60,876 nucleotides of DNA from contig DAORXQ010000001.1 in NCBI GenBank assembly GCA_035371905.1, positions 1-60,876 on the forward strand, given 5' to 3'. This document shows, in pieces, positions 9,662 through 19,874 of this stretch; the first letter of the stretch is position 1; each line of letters opens with the position of its first letter. The stretch comes from a bacterium. GTDB taxonomy: Bacteria; Ratteibacteria; UBA8468; B48-G9; JAFGKM01. Under the pieces are notes generated by a model. The model was not told where the DNA came from. It saw only the letters and a list, made by a program, of their open reading frames with translations, and made no database searches. A program made the position numbers and the translations under genes.

Positions 9662-10318
9662 ATGATAAATTTTGAAGAATTGAAGAAAGAAGGGGAAAGG
9701 TGGGTAAGTGAGGGGTTAATTACAGAACAGCAACTTGAAAAAATACTACAGATATATATTCCTGAACAAAAACCCTCTGAAGATGAATTAAGAAAAAATG
9801 TTACAAGATTGATTTTGATTTTTGCATCTGTTTTTATTGGAATTGCTTTTTTCTCATTTGTTGCTTCTAACTGGAAATATTTATCTTTCCTTACAAAATT
9901 TTTTATAATTGTTATATGTATGCTTTCTTCTTATATTTCTGGCTGGTATTTTATAGAATTCAAAAACTTAAAAAGAACTGGAGAAGCACTTATATACCTC
10001 GGACAGTTAATCTTTGGTTCGGGTATTTTTTTAATCGGACAACATCATCATACTCCTGCTTATAACTGGCCTTTAGGTTTTATTTTATGGACAATAGGAA
10101 CAATTTTACTTGCTTTTTCAACAAATATTTTTTCTCTTTTTTATTTTGCAATAGTTTTATCAATAATTCCTGTTATTGGATTTCCTTTTATTATTTTTGA
10201 TGAGAGAATAATAAGTCAGTTTTTCTTTACACCTTTATGGATAGTTCTTTTTATGAGTTTTTTTCTTTTCATTTCAGGATTTATAATTTATAAAAAAGGA
10301 AAAAAACAGGGGATTTGA
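9662..10318 (+). CDS. DUF2157-like polytopic membrane protein
   Basis: Soluble N-terminal ~50 aa, then about 6 TM segments. First gene of the DUF2157/DUF4401/GDYXXLXY arrangement. Confidence 0.5.
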   Translation: MINFEELKKEGERWVSEGLITEQQLEKILQIYIPEQKPSEDELRKNVTRLILIFASVFIGIAFFSFVASNWKYLSFLTKFFIIVICMLSSYISGWYFIEFKNLKRTGEALIYLGQLIFGSGIFLIGQHHHTPAYNWPLGFILWTIGTILLAFSTNIFSLFYFAIVLSIIPVIGFPFIIFDERIISQFFFTPLWIVLFMSFFLFISGFIIYKKGKKQGI

Positions 10319-11398
10319 AAATGGTGTTTGGATATCTTCTTTTGATTTTAATAGTTTTTCTTTTATTTCAAGGAGCAAGAAATTTTCTCTCTTTCCTCTT
10401 TAAAATTAAACAACATCCTGAAAAAGAAATATTTAATCTCACCATAAATAGAGAAAATACTGTCGGACAGATATTTATAATTTTAAGCATTATTTTTTTT
10501 GGTGAATCACTACTAATTCTTAACAGATATTTTTCAGGTAATCTTTCTTTTTACTGGGTCATTTTTATTGTAATATTGATTTCTTTAATTCTTGGTTATT
10601 TCCTTGAATCTCTTTATTCTATTATTTTTGGTATTATATTTCTACCCTGCTGGTGGATTTCCCATTCAGTAGTATGGATTGAAAAGCGAACAATAGCCAC
10701 AAATATCATACTGAGTGGACTTTATTTTATAATTTTAATTTATTATCTTTCAGGAAGAATTCTTGAAAAAAATAAAAAATGGGAAAAAACAGGAATAATA
10801 ATGCATTTCTTATCAATTCCAATGCTTTTTACATTTCTTTTTCTTCTTTCAACTCCTTATGGAATATCACTTATTGAAGGGAATCTTGGAAGCCCAAACA
10901 TTCTTCTTTCAAAACCTTTAACATTTTTTATTCTTTTATTCTTTTTTTCTTCAACAATCTTACTTTTCTATGCTTCATTTAAAAATTTTATTTCTATTTC
11001 CCTTGAATTTATACCTTTATTTTTTATCCTGTGCTTTTTTTTGTCTTTTTTATTCTTTCAAATTCCTCAACTTACAAATATGGAATATACCTACAAAAGG
11101 TCATTTGTTGAAAGTTTTACTCCACAAGGTATTTTTTTTGTTATATTTTTAAATATAATCACTTTTTCATTTTCTCTTTTACTTTTTTTTCCTTGGATAT
11201 CAAAGAAAAGAAGAGATACTTGTAAATTTTGGTGTTCTGTTTATGTCTATTTTTGCAATATTTCAGTATTTTAATTATTTCAAATTTTTAAATAAAAGTT
11301 TGTTTTTCCTTGGAGGTGGGATACTGCTTTTTGTATTGGGTTACTTTATGGAAAAGGGAAGAAGAAAATATATTGAAAAAATTAAAGGAGTACAATGA
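10315..11398 (+). CDS. DUF4401-like polytopic membrane protein with an apparent +1 frameshift in a T8 run
   Basis: The tracked ORF ends at 11274 with an implausible tail. The next frame from the T8 run (11183-11190) reads LGYQRKEEILVNFGVLFMSIFAIFQYF...LGGGILLFVLGYFMEKGRRKYIEKIKGVQ* and stops in an ATGA overlap with the next gene. Confidence 0.5.
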
Positions 11399-11904
11399 AT
11401 AAGAAAACAATAAAGTTTTTTATTGTGATTTTTATCCATATTCTTATTTTAACTGGTGTTGCTCTATATTATAAATGGACAAAAAAAGGTATCACTGTTT
11501 TTTTAAAAATTGGACGATATGATCCGATGAGCCCATTGAGAGGTGATTATTTAACACTATTTTATCCTGAAATTTCACGTATACCATTTACTGAATTTGC
11601 ATCTTCTGTTTCTATAGGAGACACTTTTTATGTTCCACTTGAAAAAAAAGATAAAATATGGATTAGAAAAAAGGATGTAAAAATAGACAAAAGGAAGGAA
11701 TATGAGGGAATATTTATAAAAGGGATGGTTAAAAATGTGGGAAGTTATGTTATATTAGAATATGGAATTGAAACCTACTATATACCTGTTGGAACAGGAG
11801 AGGATATTAAATGGAGTGATAATGATTATGCTGAAATATTTATTGATGAAAATGGAAATGGTAAAATAAAAAAGATTTATTTAAATGGTAAACAATTTCC
11901 GTAA
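11395..11904 (+). CDS. GDYXXLXY-domain protein, membrane-anchored
   Basis: N-terminal TM segment, then the exact motif G-D-Y-L-T-L-F-Y (residues 50-57). Confidence 0.7.
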   Translation: MNKKTIKFFIVIFIHILILTGVALYYKWTKKGITVFLKIGRYDPMSPLRGDYLTLFYPEISRIPFTEFASSVSIGDTFYVPLEKKDKIWIRKKDVKIDKRKEYEGIFIKGMVKNVGSYVILEYGIETYYIPVGTGEDIKWSDNDYAEIFIDENGNGKIKKIYLNGKQFP

Positions 11905-11921
11905 TAATAGAATCTACAAAA

Positions 11922-12248
11922 ATGGAAAAGAATAATTTACCGAATCCAAGAATATCAGCAATACTTTCTTTTATTTTCAATGGACTTGGGCAGATTTATA
12001 ATGGAGAAATAAAAAAAGGACTTACACTTATTTTCCTTTCCGGTGTCTCTCTTTTAATTTTAATACTTGGAGCAATTTTTATCTTTTATTTCATTAAAAC
12101 ACTTCCTCCAATTAGTTTTTTAATATGGGGAGTTTGTCTTTTTTTCTTCGGTCTAACCTCAATTATTATAATAGGAATTTACAGTATTTCAGATGCTTAT
12201 AATAAGGCAAAAAAAATTTTAGAGGAATATGAAGGAAGAACTAAATAA
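11922..12248 (+). CDS. Small membrane protein (3 predicted TM segments)
   Basis: 108 aa, ILSFIFNGLGQIYNG motif. TAGAAT box 8 nt upstream of the ATG. Confidence 0.4.
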   Translation: MEKNNLPNPRISAILSFIFNGLGQIYNGEIKKGLTLIFLSGVSLLILILGAIFIFYFIKTLPPISFLIWGVCLFFFGLTSIIIIGIYSISDAYNKAKKILEEYEGRTK

Positions 12249-13107
12249 ATTTATTGATTATCTTGAAAACCAGAAAAATTATTCAAAACATACAGTAAAA
12301 GGTTATAAAAAAGATATATCACAGTTTATTGAGTTTTTAAAAGAAAAAAAAATCTCTGATTTTGAAAAAGTTGAATATGAGGATTTTATAAGTTTTATAG
12401 GTAAATTAAAAAATTCAAAATTAAAAGAAAAAACAATAGGAAGAAAGGTTGCTTCATTAAAATCATTTTATAAATTTCTTGTTATGAGAAAATATATAAG
12501 GAAAAATCCTGCTATCTTAATTCAATCACCAAAAATACCCGAAAAATTGCCAAATTTTTTAACCTATAATGAAATTTCCAGAATTCTTGAAATACCTTTT
12601 GATAAAAAAAACTGGCAGACATTAAGAGATAAAGCAATTTTAGAGATTTTATATTCCACTGGAATAAGGGTTGGAGAACTTGTAAATTTAAAATTAGAAG
12701 ATATCAATTTTGTGGATGAAGTTATAAAAGTAAAGGGTAAAGGGAAAAAAGAAAGAATAGTTCCAATAGGGAAACCTGCTTTAAATAGTTTGATTGAATA
12801 TATTGAAAAGAGACCGAATAAAAAGGAAAAATTCTTATTTTTAAATAAATATGGTAAAAAATTAACAGAAAGAACTATTGAACGACTTGTAAAAAAATAT
12901 TCATTAATATCTGGAATAAATAAAAATGTAACCCCTCATACAATCAGACATACTTTTGCAACACATCTTCTTGATAGAGGAGCAGATTTAAGAACTGTTC
13001 AGGAATTACTCGGACATGAAAGGATAACAACAACCCAGATTTATACACATCTAACTATAGAAAAATTAAAAGAATTATATGAAAAATTTCATCCAAGAGG
13101 TAAATAA
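12229..13107 (+). CDS. Tyrosine site-specific recombinase, XerC/XerD family
   Basis: N-terminal SAM-like core-binding domain. C-terminal RHTFATHLL...GADLRTVQELLGHERITTTQIYTH carries the catalytic Tyr. Confidence 0.85.
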   Translation: MKEELNKFIDYLENQKNYSKHTVKGYKKDISQFIEFLKEKKISDFEKVEYEDFISFIGKLKNSKLKEKTIGRKVASLKSFYKFLVMRKYIRKNPAILIQSPKIPEKLPNFLTYNEISRILEIPFDKKNWQTLRDKAILEILYSTGIRVGELVNLKLEDINFVDEVIKVKGKGKKERIVPIGKPALNSLIEYIEKRPNKKEKFLFLNKYGKKLTERTIERLVKKYSLISGINKNVTPHTIRHTFATHLLDRGADLRTVQELLGHERITTTQIYTHLTIEKLKELYEKFHPRGK

Positions 13108-13961
13108 TCTTTTAAAATCCTCTTTATCTCTTTTTCATCGGGCTTAAGATTCTCTATTTCAATTAAATCCCATATTTCTTTGTGTTCAATATATCCTTCT
13201 GGTTCAACAGTTTTCAATGGACTTAATGTTTCAAGTTCAAGAAATTGAGAATTTGTATAGACCTCAACATTGCATCCAAAATCAGGGTATTCTCCTTCAT
13301 AGAGAGCAATTTTTTTAACAAATAAAAGACCATCTACATAATAAGCAATCCAGTTTGAATTTACAAATGTTCCTATTTTAAATGGTCTTTCAATCTCTAC
13401 ATCCTGTTGAACAAAAATAAAATTTTCATTTAAAATCAATCTTTTGTCCGAAATATCTGTATACTGCCATAGAGAAATATGCCTGTCAGGTAAAAGTCCA
13501 TGTCTATCAACCTTTTTTGACTTTATAGGAATTATTGCAAAACCACCTTTTTTCATAACAGATAAAGCCCAGCATGCAAATTTAATTGGCCATCTTCCAA
13601 TATTCCTTATCCTGTGGTTTACTTCAATCCCTTCCTTTGTTTTTTTTATTTCAATTTCTTTTTTTACAGAATTCTGTATTTCTGCATTTCCAGAAATACT
13701 TATATTCTTACTCTTTTCTTCAATTTTTACAGGTTTATTATCAAGAGAATAGGAACGAGGTTTATCTTCTGGAGAAGTCCATAATCTGTGTCCTCCATAA
13801 ATCTGCCACTTCCCTTCTTCTGTATCTATTGTAAGGTCTGGAATAACTTCAAAAACATTTCTATCAGGATATTTTTTAAGCGAAAAATGAATAATCCTTG
13901 GTCCAATATCTTCGGGTATACCAATAATAAATTCCCCCATTTCAAACTTTTTTATTTTCAT
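13089..13961 (-). CDS. Hypothetical protein, possibly with a galactose-mutarotase-like fold (DUF4380-like)
   Basis: 290 aa, beta-rich, GGHRLWTSPE motif. SD AGGAG upstream. The family assignment is from memory only. Confidence 0.35.
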   Translation of the reverse strand: MKIKKFEMGEFIIGIPEDIGPRIIHFSLKKYPDRNVFEVIPDLTIDTEEGKWQIYGGHRLWTSPEDKPRSYSLDNKPVKIEEKSKNISISGNAEIQNSVKKEIEIKKTKEGIEVNHRIRNIGRWPIKFACWALSVMKKGGFAIIPIKSKKVDRHGLLPDRHISLWQYTDISDKRLILNENFIFVQQDVEIERPFKIGTFVNSNWIAYYVDGLLFVKKIALYEGEYPDFGCNVEVYTNSQFLELETLSPLKTVEPEGYIEHKEIWDLIEIENLKPDEKEIKRILKDYLPLG

Positions 13962-13974
13962 TTTTTTCTCCTAT

Positions 13975-14868
13975 TTATAGATTTAGAAGTTTAATAGCAT
14001 TTTCTCTTACAATTTTTCTGAATATATTTTCACTTATTTTTCCCTTTTCAACAAGACCTTTTAAAAATTTGATAAGTGGAGTATCCTGGTCAGGTCTACA
14101 TAAATCAGTTCCAAATAAAAGACGGTCAGAAAATTCACTTAAAAATTTAACCGCATATTCAGTGTCTCTTTTAAGTGCATTATATCCACTTCTTGCTGAA
14201 AGGTCTCCATAAAGATTTCTGTATTTTCTGAAAAGGACAGGGACAATTCCCTCTTCAATAACAGGATAATCAGGATATCCATATCTATCTTCCTCATCTT
14301 TTAGAACCGATATCTCTGACCAGAAAGAAGGACCGTGTCCGATAAATTTTAAATCAGGAAAAAGAGAAAGACATTTTTCAAGTTGAGGTAATCCCGGTTC
14401 ATCATATAATCCATAAGTATTTCCAAGTTTACCATTTCCATCAAAAATAATCGGAAAACCAACTTTTTCAGCATGTCTAAATAAATTTAAAACTCTTTCG
14501 TCAAGAAATGGAAGGTTTGGCATAACTTCTCCAATTCCTTTACAACCGAGAGATTTATAATAATTTAAAATTTTTTCAAAATCTGCCTCTGGTGAATTTG
14601 TTATAGCACGAGGGTCAATATTACAGAATGGTATAAATCTTCCTGGATATTTTTCACAGATTTCTATTATTTCTTCATTTGATTGAGGAAGATAAACTTC
14701 TGGATTTACAATCGGTAATAAAACTCCTTTTTCTATACCAAGTTCATCATATCTTTTTATAACTTGTTCAGGAGAAGAAAAGAGGGATTTTCCATCAATC
14801 CATATGTAAGGTCTTTTAAAAACGTGACAGTGAACATCTATAAAAACTTTTTCCATTTTAAAAATCAC
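13975..14868 (-). CDS. Amidohydrolase-family metal-dependent hydrolase (TIM barrel)
   Basis: N-terminal IDVHCH metal-binding motif, a later HGP motif and C-terminal FGTD. Confidence 0.65.
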   Translation of the reverse strand: MIFKMEKVFIDVHCHVFKRPYIWIDGKSLFSSPEQVIKRYDELGIEKGVLLPIVNPEVYLPQSNEEIIEICEKYPGRFIPFCNIDPRAITNSPEADFEKILNYYKSLGCKGIGEVMPNLPFLDERVLNLFRHAEKVGFPIIFDGNGKLGNTYGLYDEPGLPQLEKCLSLFPDLKFIGHGPSFWSEISVLKDEEDRYGYPDYPVIEEGIVPVLFRKYRNLYGDLSARSGYNALKRDTEYAVKFLSEFSDRLLFGTDLCRPDQDTPLIKFLKGLVEKGKISENIFRKIVRENAIKLLNL

Positions 14869-15376
14869 TGCCTATACCGATGAGAAAAAGTTTAGAATTA
14901 ATTCCTTCATTGGGCAATTTTATTCCGGCATTTGAAACATGCCTTAATCTTATCTCAGTATTTAAAAAAACTTTCTTCAAAAAAACCCTTACTCCAAAAC
15001 TTACTGATGATGCAAAATTAAAATGAGTGGATTGTTCAACAAAATCTGATGAAAGATAAATTATTCCTGTACCAACTTTCAAATATGGCTGGAAATTACT
15101 ATCAGAGAATTTATACAATAAAAAACCAGAAACTCCTATTTCAAAATTATCGGCTGGACTGAAGACATAAGAAACATATGGTTCTATCTGATAAAAAAAA
15201 TTTTTACTGTTTTTAATCGGTCTTGTGAAGTCAACCATCAATGTATAAAATTCATAATTTTTTGGATTTTGAATTTTTGCAAAGCCATAACCAGTATAAA
15301 AATCAACCTTAAAATTTCTAATTTCACAGAAACCTGAAGAAAAAATTAAAAAAATCAAGAATAATATTTTTTTCAT
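14858..15376 (-). CDS. Outer-membrane beta-barrel, lipid A 3-O-deacylase (PagL)/acyloxyacyl hydrolase-like
   Basis: Signal peptide, RLRHVSNAGI (H-x-S-N-A/G catalytic-type motif), C-terminal ..IGIGSDF. Confidence 0.6.
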   Translation of the reverse strand: MKKILFLIFLIFSSGFCEIRNFKVDFYTGYGFAKIQNPKNYEFYTLMVDFTRPIKNSKNFFYQIEPYVSYVFSPADNFEIGVSGFLLYKFSDSNFQPYLKVGTGIIYLSSDFVEQSTHFNFASSVSFGVRVFLKKVFLNTEIRLRHVSNAGIKLPNEGINSKLFLIGIGSDF

Positions 15377-15390
15377 CTTATCCCCTTTTT

Positions 15391-15683
15391 TTAAATAACA
15401 TCTTCAACCGGAAGAATAAAAACTTTTAAACCTTTCTTTTTATACTTCTCTTTTGCTTCTTTAAATTTTTCTAATAATAAACTTTCCTTTTCATCCTCAA
15501 CAACTGTGCAAAAAATAAAGTATTCCAGGATGGCCACACATTTGTTCCAAGATGTGGACCTGCTGTTTTCCCAACTCCCTGAACCTTTTCTATCCTTGTA
15601 TATTCTTCAACTTTACACTCTTTCAGAATATCAAGGATTTCTTCGTGAATTCCTATATTTGAAACAATTAAAAACATCTTCAT
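15391..15683 (-). CDS. Small P-II-like transporter-associated protein, interrupted by a 1-nt deletion in a homopolymer
   Basis: The tracked 70-aa ORF ends in junk (AQLLRMKRKVYY*). Adding one base to the A6 run at 15510-15515 gives ..WNTLFFCTVVEDEKESLLLEKFKEAKEKYKKKGLKVFILPVEDVI* (~97 aa), ending 14 nt before the PagL-like gene. Confidence 0.45.
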
Positions 15684-18600
15684 TTTGACTCCTTATTCAT
15701 AATTAAATAAATTATAGGAACAAGTAAAAGTGTTATAATCCATGAAACAAGGAAACCACCTATTGCAGGAACTCCAAAGGATTGCCATATCTCTCCACCA
15801 GTCCCTCTTCCAAGTGCCATAGGTATCATTCCAAAAATTGTTGTTAAAGAAGTCATCATAATTGGTCTTATTCTATTTCTTGCTCCTTTTGTTATTGCAT
15901 CAAACAACTGATATCCCCTTGCTCTTAAAATATTTATATAATCAACAAGAACAATTGCGTTATTAACAACAACTCCCATAAGCATTATTATAGCCATAAA
16001 TGAAGCAATAGAGAAATTTACTCCGGTTATGAGTAAAAATAATATGCTTCCGATAAATGTAAATGGGATTGAGAAGAAAATTATAAAGGGTGTTTTAAAT
16101 GATTCAAACTGACCCACCATAACCATATAAACAAGAATAACTCCAAGGATAAGTAATAATCTTAAATCAGCAAAACTTTCCCTCTGCTGTTTAACCATAC
16201 CCCCATAACTAACTGTGATATCTTCTGGTATATTTAATTTTTCTACTTCTTTCTCAATATCTTTCAATACCTCACTCATAGGTCTTTTGAATGTATCACA
16301 TCTTACCTTTACAATTCTCTGTCTGTTTTTTCTATCTATCTGGACAGGTCCGAGTTCAAAATCTATTTCAGCAACATCCTTTAACTTAATAACTCTTCCA
16401 GATGGAGTAAACAAAGGCAATTCTTCTATTTTTTCAATATCATATCTCTGCTTTTCTTCAAGTTGAACAAATACATCAAAATCCTCCCCACCTTCTCTAT
16501 ATTTTGTCGCAGTGTATCCATATATATAACTTCTTACTATTTGAGAAATGGAAGATGTTGAAATACCAAAATTTTTTGCTTTTTCTTTGTCAATCTTTAA
16601 ATGTATCTCAATTCTGTCTTTTTTGTAAGATGTATCAACATTGACTGCTCCTGGTATTTTTTCAATTCTTTCTTTCAACATTTCAGAATATTTTACAATT
16701 TTATTTAGGTCTGAACCTTTAAGTTCTACCTCTATCTGTTTTGCTCCACCCATAAACATTAACTGTAATGGACTTGCAATTGAAACAGAAAATTTTTCTA
16801 TTCCAGGTATTTCTTTTATTCTTTTTCTTATAATTTCTGCTATTTCCTTATCAGACCTTTTTCTTTCCTCTCTCCATGTAAGTCGTGCAGAAATACTCCC
16901 TGCATAAGGTCCTTCATCTCTACCCATTGCTGCTCCTATACCAGAACCAGATTCTCCGCAACTTCCATACCATGCTTTTCTTTCAGGTATTTCCTCTTCA
17001 TATATCTTCCCTATTTCTCTTACAATCTTATCTGTTTCTTCAATCCTTGTTGACGGATTCATTAAAATTGTTGTTTCTATTCTTGCATTATCTGCTTCAG
17101 GAAAAAATTCAACTCCAATAAATTTAAAAAGAAGAAGAGAAGCAAAAAACACAATTATAATTAAAGAAAGAAATAGATTTTTATGTTTCAGACACCATGT
17201 AAGTAAATTTGTGTATACATCATCTATTTTTGTTAAGAATTTCTCTCCTATTTTATAAAATTTTGTCTCCTTAGGATGACCTTTAATAATTTTTGAAGAA
17301 AGCATAGGAACAAGTAAAAGAGCAACTACAAGGGACATAAAGATTGTTGTAGATATAATATATGCAAGTTGTTTAAATATTATACCTATAAAACCCTTTG
17401 TAAAAATTAAAGGAACGAAAACAACTATTGTCGTAATAGTTGAAGCGATAATCGCAGTTCCAACTTCACTTGCTCCAAAAATACTTGCTTCATCTATTTT
17501 TTCTCCCTCTTCATAATGTCTTACAATATTTTCAAGAATAACAATTGAATTATCAACAACCATACCTATTACAAGTGCAAGAGACATAAGGGATATAAGG
17601 TTTATTGTAAATCCACCGATATAAAGAAACAAAAATGCACATATCAAGGAAAAAGGGATTGAAATTGAAACAATAAAACTTAATTTCAGCCGTCTTAAAA
17701 GAAAAACAGTAACAAGAATAACAAGAATTCCTGCAGTTATAACAGTATTTATAAGGTTTTTAATTGACTTTAATATCATTTCAGAGGTGTCAAAAACAGT
17801 ATTAATTTTAATATCCTTTGGAAGAAACTTTTTTATCTCCTCTATTTTCCTTTTTACATTATTAGAAACAATAACAGTATTTTTTCCTGACTGTTTCTGA
17901 ACCATCAAGATAACTGTTTCCTCTCCATCTGTATATGCTTTTGATTTTACCTCCTCGTAATAATCATCCACTTTTGCAATATCTCTTAAATATACAGGTC
18001 TTCCTTCAATAGTTGTAATTAAAATGTCCTTAATCTCTTCTGGATTAACATATCTTCCTTCAGTTCTCAAGAAATAATTTCTTTTACCCCTTTTTATCTC
18101 ACCAAGAGGAAAATCAATATTTTCTTCTGCAAGTCGCTGAACTATTAAATTTGGAGGTATTCTATAACCATTTATTTTTTCCCAGTCAAGATAAATATTA
18201 ATCTGTCTTCTTATTCCACCAAAAACCATAACTGTTCCTACCCCTTCTGCTCTTTTTAACTGGTCTGCTATCTGTTTATCAGCAATATAATATAGATCGC
18301 CCCAGAGTGTTTTTGAAGATATAGAAAAAATTAAAACAGGTGTCATTGATGTTGAAAATTTAAATATCATCGGTTCTTCTGCATCAGGTGCATGCTGATA
18401 AATATCTTTCTTTGCAAAATCAACTTTATCCCTAACATCATTAACTGCTGTGTCAAGATTTTTACCCCATTTAAATTTACATGTTACAATTCCTACGTTA
18501 TCTTTTGAAACGGAAATTAATTCATCAAGGTCTTCAACTCCTGTAAGATAATCCTCAAGATATTTAACAACATCATTTTCAACATCTGAAGAACTTGCGC

Positions 18601-18757
18601 CCGGATAAGGAACAATAACAGAGACCGCAGGAACTTCAATTTCAGGCATAAGGTCAACAGGTATTTTAGGTATTGTTACAAAAGAAACAATTAAAATCGC
18701 AAGGAAAATCATTAAAGTTGTATAAGGCCTTTTAACTGAAAACTCTGGTAAGTTCAT
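15680..18757 (-). CDS. RND efflux transporter permease (AcrB/HAE family)
   Basis: 1025 aa, 12-TM RND architecture with two large periplasmic loops. Overlaps the adaptor gene by 4 nt. Confidence 0.9.
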   Translation of the reverse strand: MNLPEFSVKRPYTTLMIFLAILIVSFVTIPKIPVDLMPEIEVPAVSVIVPYPGASSSDVENDVVKYLEDYLTGVEDLDELISVSKDNVGIVTCKFKWGKNLDTAVNDVRDKVDFAKKDIYQHAPDAEEPMIFKFSTSMTPVLIFSISSKTLWGDLYYIADKQIADQLKRAEGVGTVMVFGGIRRQINIYLDWEKINGYRIPPNLIVQRLAEENIDFPLGEIKRGKRNYFLRTEGRYVNPEEIKDILITTIEGRPVYLRDIAKVDDYYEEVKSKAYTDGEETVILMVQKQSGKNTVIVSNNVKRKIEEIKKFLPKDIKINTVFDTSEMILKSIKNLINTVITAGILVILVTVFLLRRLKLSFIVSISIPFSLICAFLFLYIGGFTINLISLMSLALVIGMVVDNSIVILENIVRHYEEGEKIDEASIFGASEVGTAIIASTITTIVVFVPLIFTKGFIGIIFKQLAYIISTTIFMSLVVALLLVPMLSSKIIKGHPKETKFYKIGEKFLTKIDDVYTNLLTWCLKHKNLFLSLIIIVFFASLLLFKFIGVEFFPEADNARIETTILMNPSTRIEETDKIVREIGKIYEEEIPERKAWYGSCGESGSGIGAAMGRDEGPYAGSISARLTWREERKRSDKEIAEIIRKRIKEIPGIEKFSVSIASPLQLMFMGGAKQIEVELKGSDLNKIVKYSEMLKERIEKIPGAVNVDTSYKKDRIEIHLKIDKEKAKNFGISTSSISQIVRSYIYGYTATKYREGGEDFDVFVQLEEKQRYDIEKIEELPLFTPSGRVIKLKDVAEIDFELGPVQIDRKNRQRIVKVRCDTFKRPMSEVLKDIEKEVEKLNIPEDITVSYGGMVKQQRESFADLRLLLILGVILVYMVMVGQFESFKTPFIIFFSIPFTFIGSILFLLITGVNFSIASFMAIIMLMGVVVNNAIVLVDYINILRARGYQLFDAITKGARNRIRPIMMTSLTTIFGMIPMALGRGTGGEIWQSFGVPAIGGFLVSWIITLLLVPIIYLIMNKESK

Positions 18758-19866
18758 TTTTTCTCTCCTATTATTTTTATCTTTTTCCCTGTATCAAGAA
18801 TTCCCTGAGAAGTTGTAATAATAATATCATCTCTGTTCAGCCCTTCTTTAACTTCTATAAGATTTTCTTTTATTTTCCCAACTTTTATATACACTTTTTC
18901 AGCAGTATTATCCTTAACCTTAAAACAGTAATAATTACCACTTGCAGGCAATTTCATAACCGCATCAAGAGGAATAGCAAGAACTTTCCTCTCTCCTGTT
19001 ATAATAATTCCCTTACAGTACATCCCAGGTTTTATAAGATAGTTTTTATTTTCAACAATAACTTCAACATCAACTGTCCTTGTTTTTTCATCTGCAACAG
19101 GATATATTTTGGAAACCTTACCATAAAAATCCTTTGTTGGATATGCATCAAGTTTAATTAAAACACTCTGCCCTGTTTTTACCTTTCCAATTTCTTCAGA
19201 AGAAACAGGCAATTTAACTTTTACTTTGCTTATATCTACAATGGCAACAATAGGAACAGACCTCATCATAGAACTTTCTGTAATTAACTCTCCTTCATCT
19301 ATAAATTTTTCAGCAATAAATCCAGTTATTGGAGAATAAATAAATGCTTCATTAAGACGAATTTTTACAAGTTCAAACTGTGTTTTTAATGATTCCAGTT
19401 GATGGGAAACAACTTCATAATTTGTTTTTATATCATCAAGTTTTTTTTCTGAAATTACACCCTCTTTATATAATTTTGTAAATCTTTCATAGTCCTTTTT
19501 TATATTTTCAAGATTTGCCTCCATTGCTTTTATCTGATTTTCCATATTCTCATAATCAATTTTTCTTTTTTTATAATCAATCTGTACTATAAAATCACCC
19601 TTTTTAACAAAATCTCCTTCTTTTACACTCAATTTCTCAATCTGTCCTGAAATTTCAGAATATACAACAACTTTCTGATAAGGTTCAATCTCTCCTATAC
19701 ATTCAACCTCATCTTTTAAAACAATTTCACTGACCTTTTCAACTTCAACCGGTATTTCTGTTTCACTCACAATTTCCACTTTTTTTTCTTTTTTCTTTTT
19801 ATTAAACTGATTAAAAACTACAAGAATTATAATCAAAACTATTAAAACCCATATAATCTTTTTCAT
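18754..19866 (-). CDS. RND efflux periplasmic adaptor (membrane fusion protein)
   Basis: N-terminal TM, lipoyl/coiled-coil/beta-barrel organisation (GDFVKKGDFIVQID, coiled-coil segment). Confidence 0.85.
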   Translation of the reverse strand: MKKIIWVLIVLIIILVVFNQFNKKKKEKKVEIVSETEIPVEVEKVSEIVLKDEVECIGEIEPYQKVVVYSEISGQIEKLSVKEGDFVKKGDFIVQIDYKKRKIDYENMENQIKAMEANLENIKKDYERFTKLYKEGVISEKKLDDIKTNYEVVSHQLESLKTQFELVKIRLNEAFIYSPITGFIAEKFIDEGELITESSMMRSVPIVAIVDISKVKVKLPVSSEEIGKVKTGQSVLIKLDAYPTKDFYGKVSKIYPVADEKTRTVDVEVIVENKNYLIKPGMYCKGIIITGERKVLAIPLDAVMKLPASGNYYCFKVKDNTAEKVYIKVGKIKENLIEVKEGLNRDDIIITTSQGILDTGKKIKIIGEKK

Positions 19867-19874
19867 TTTCCCTC

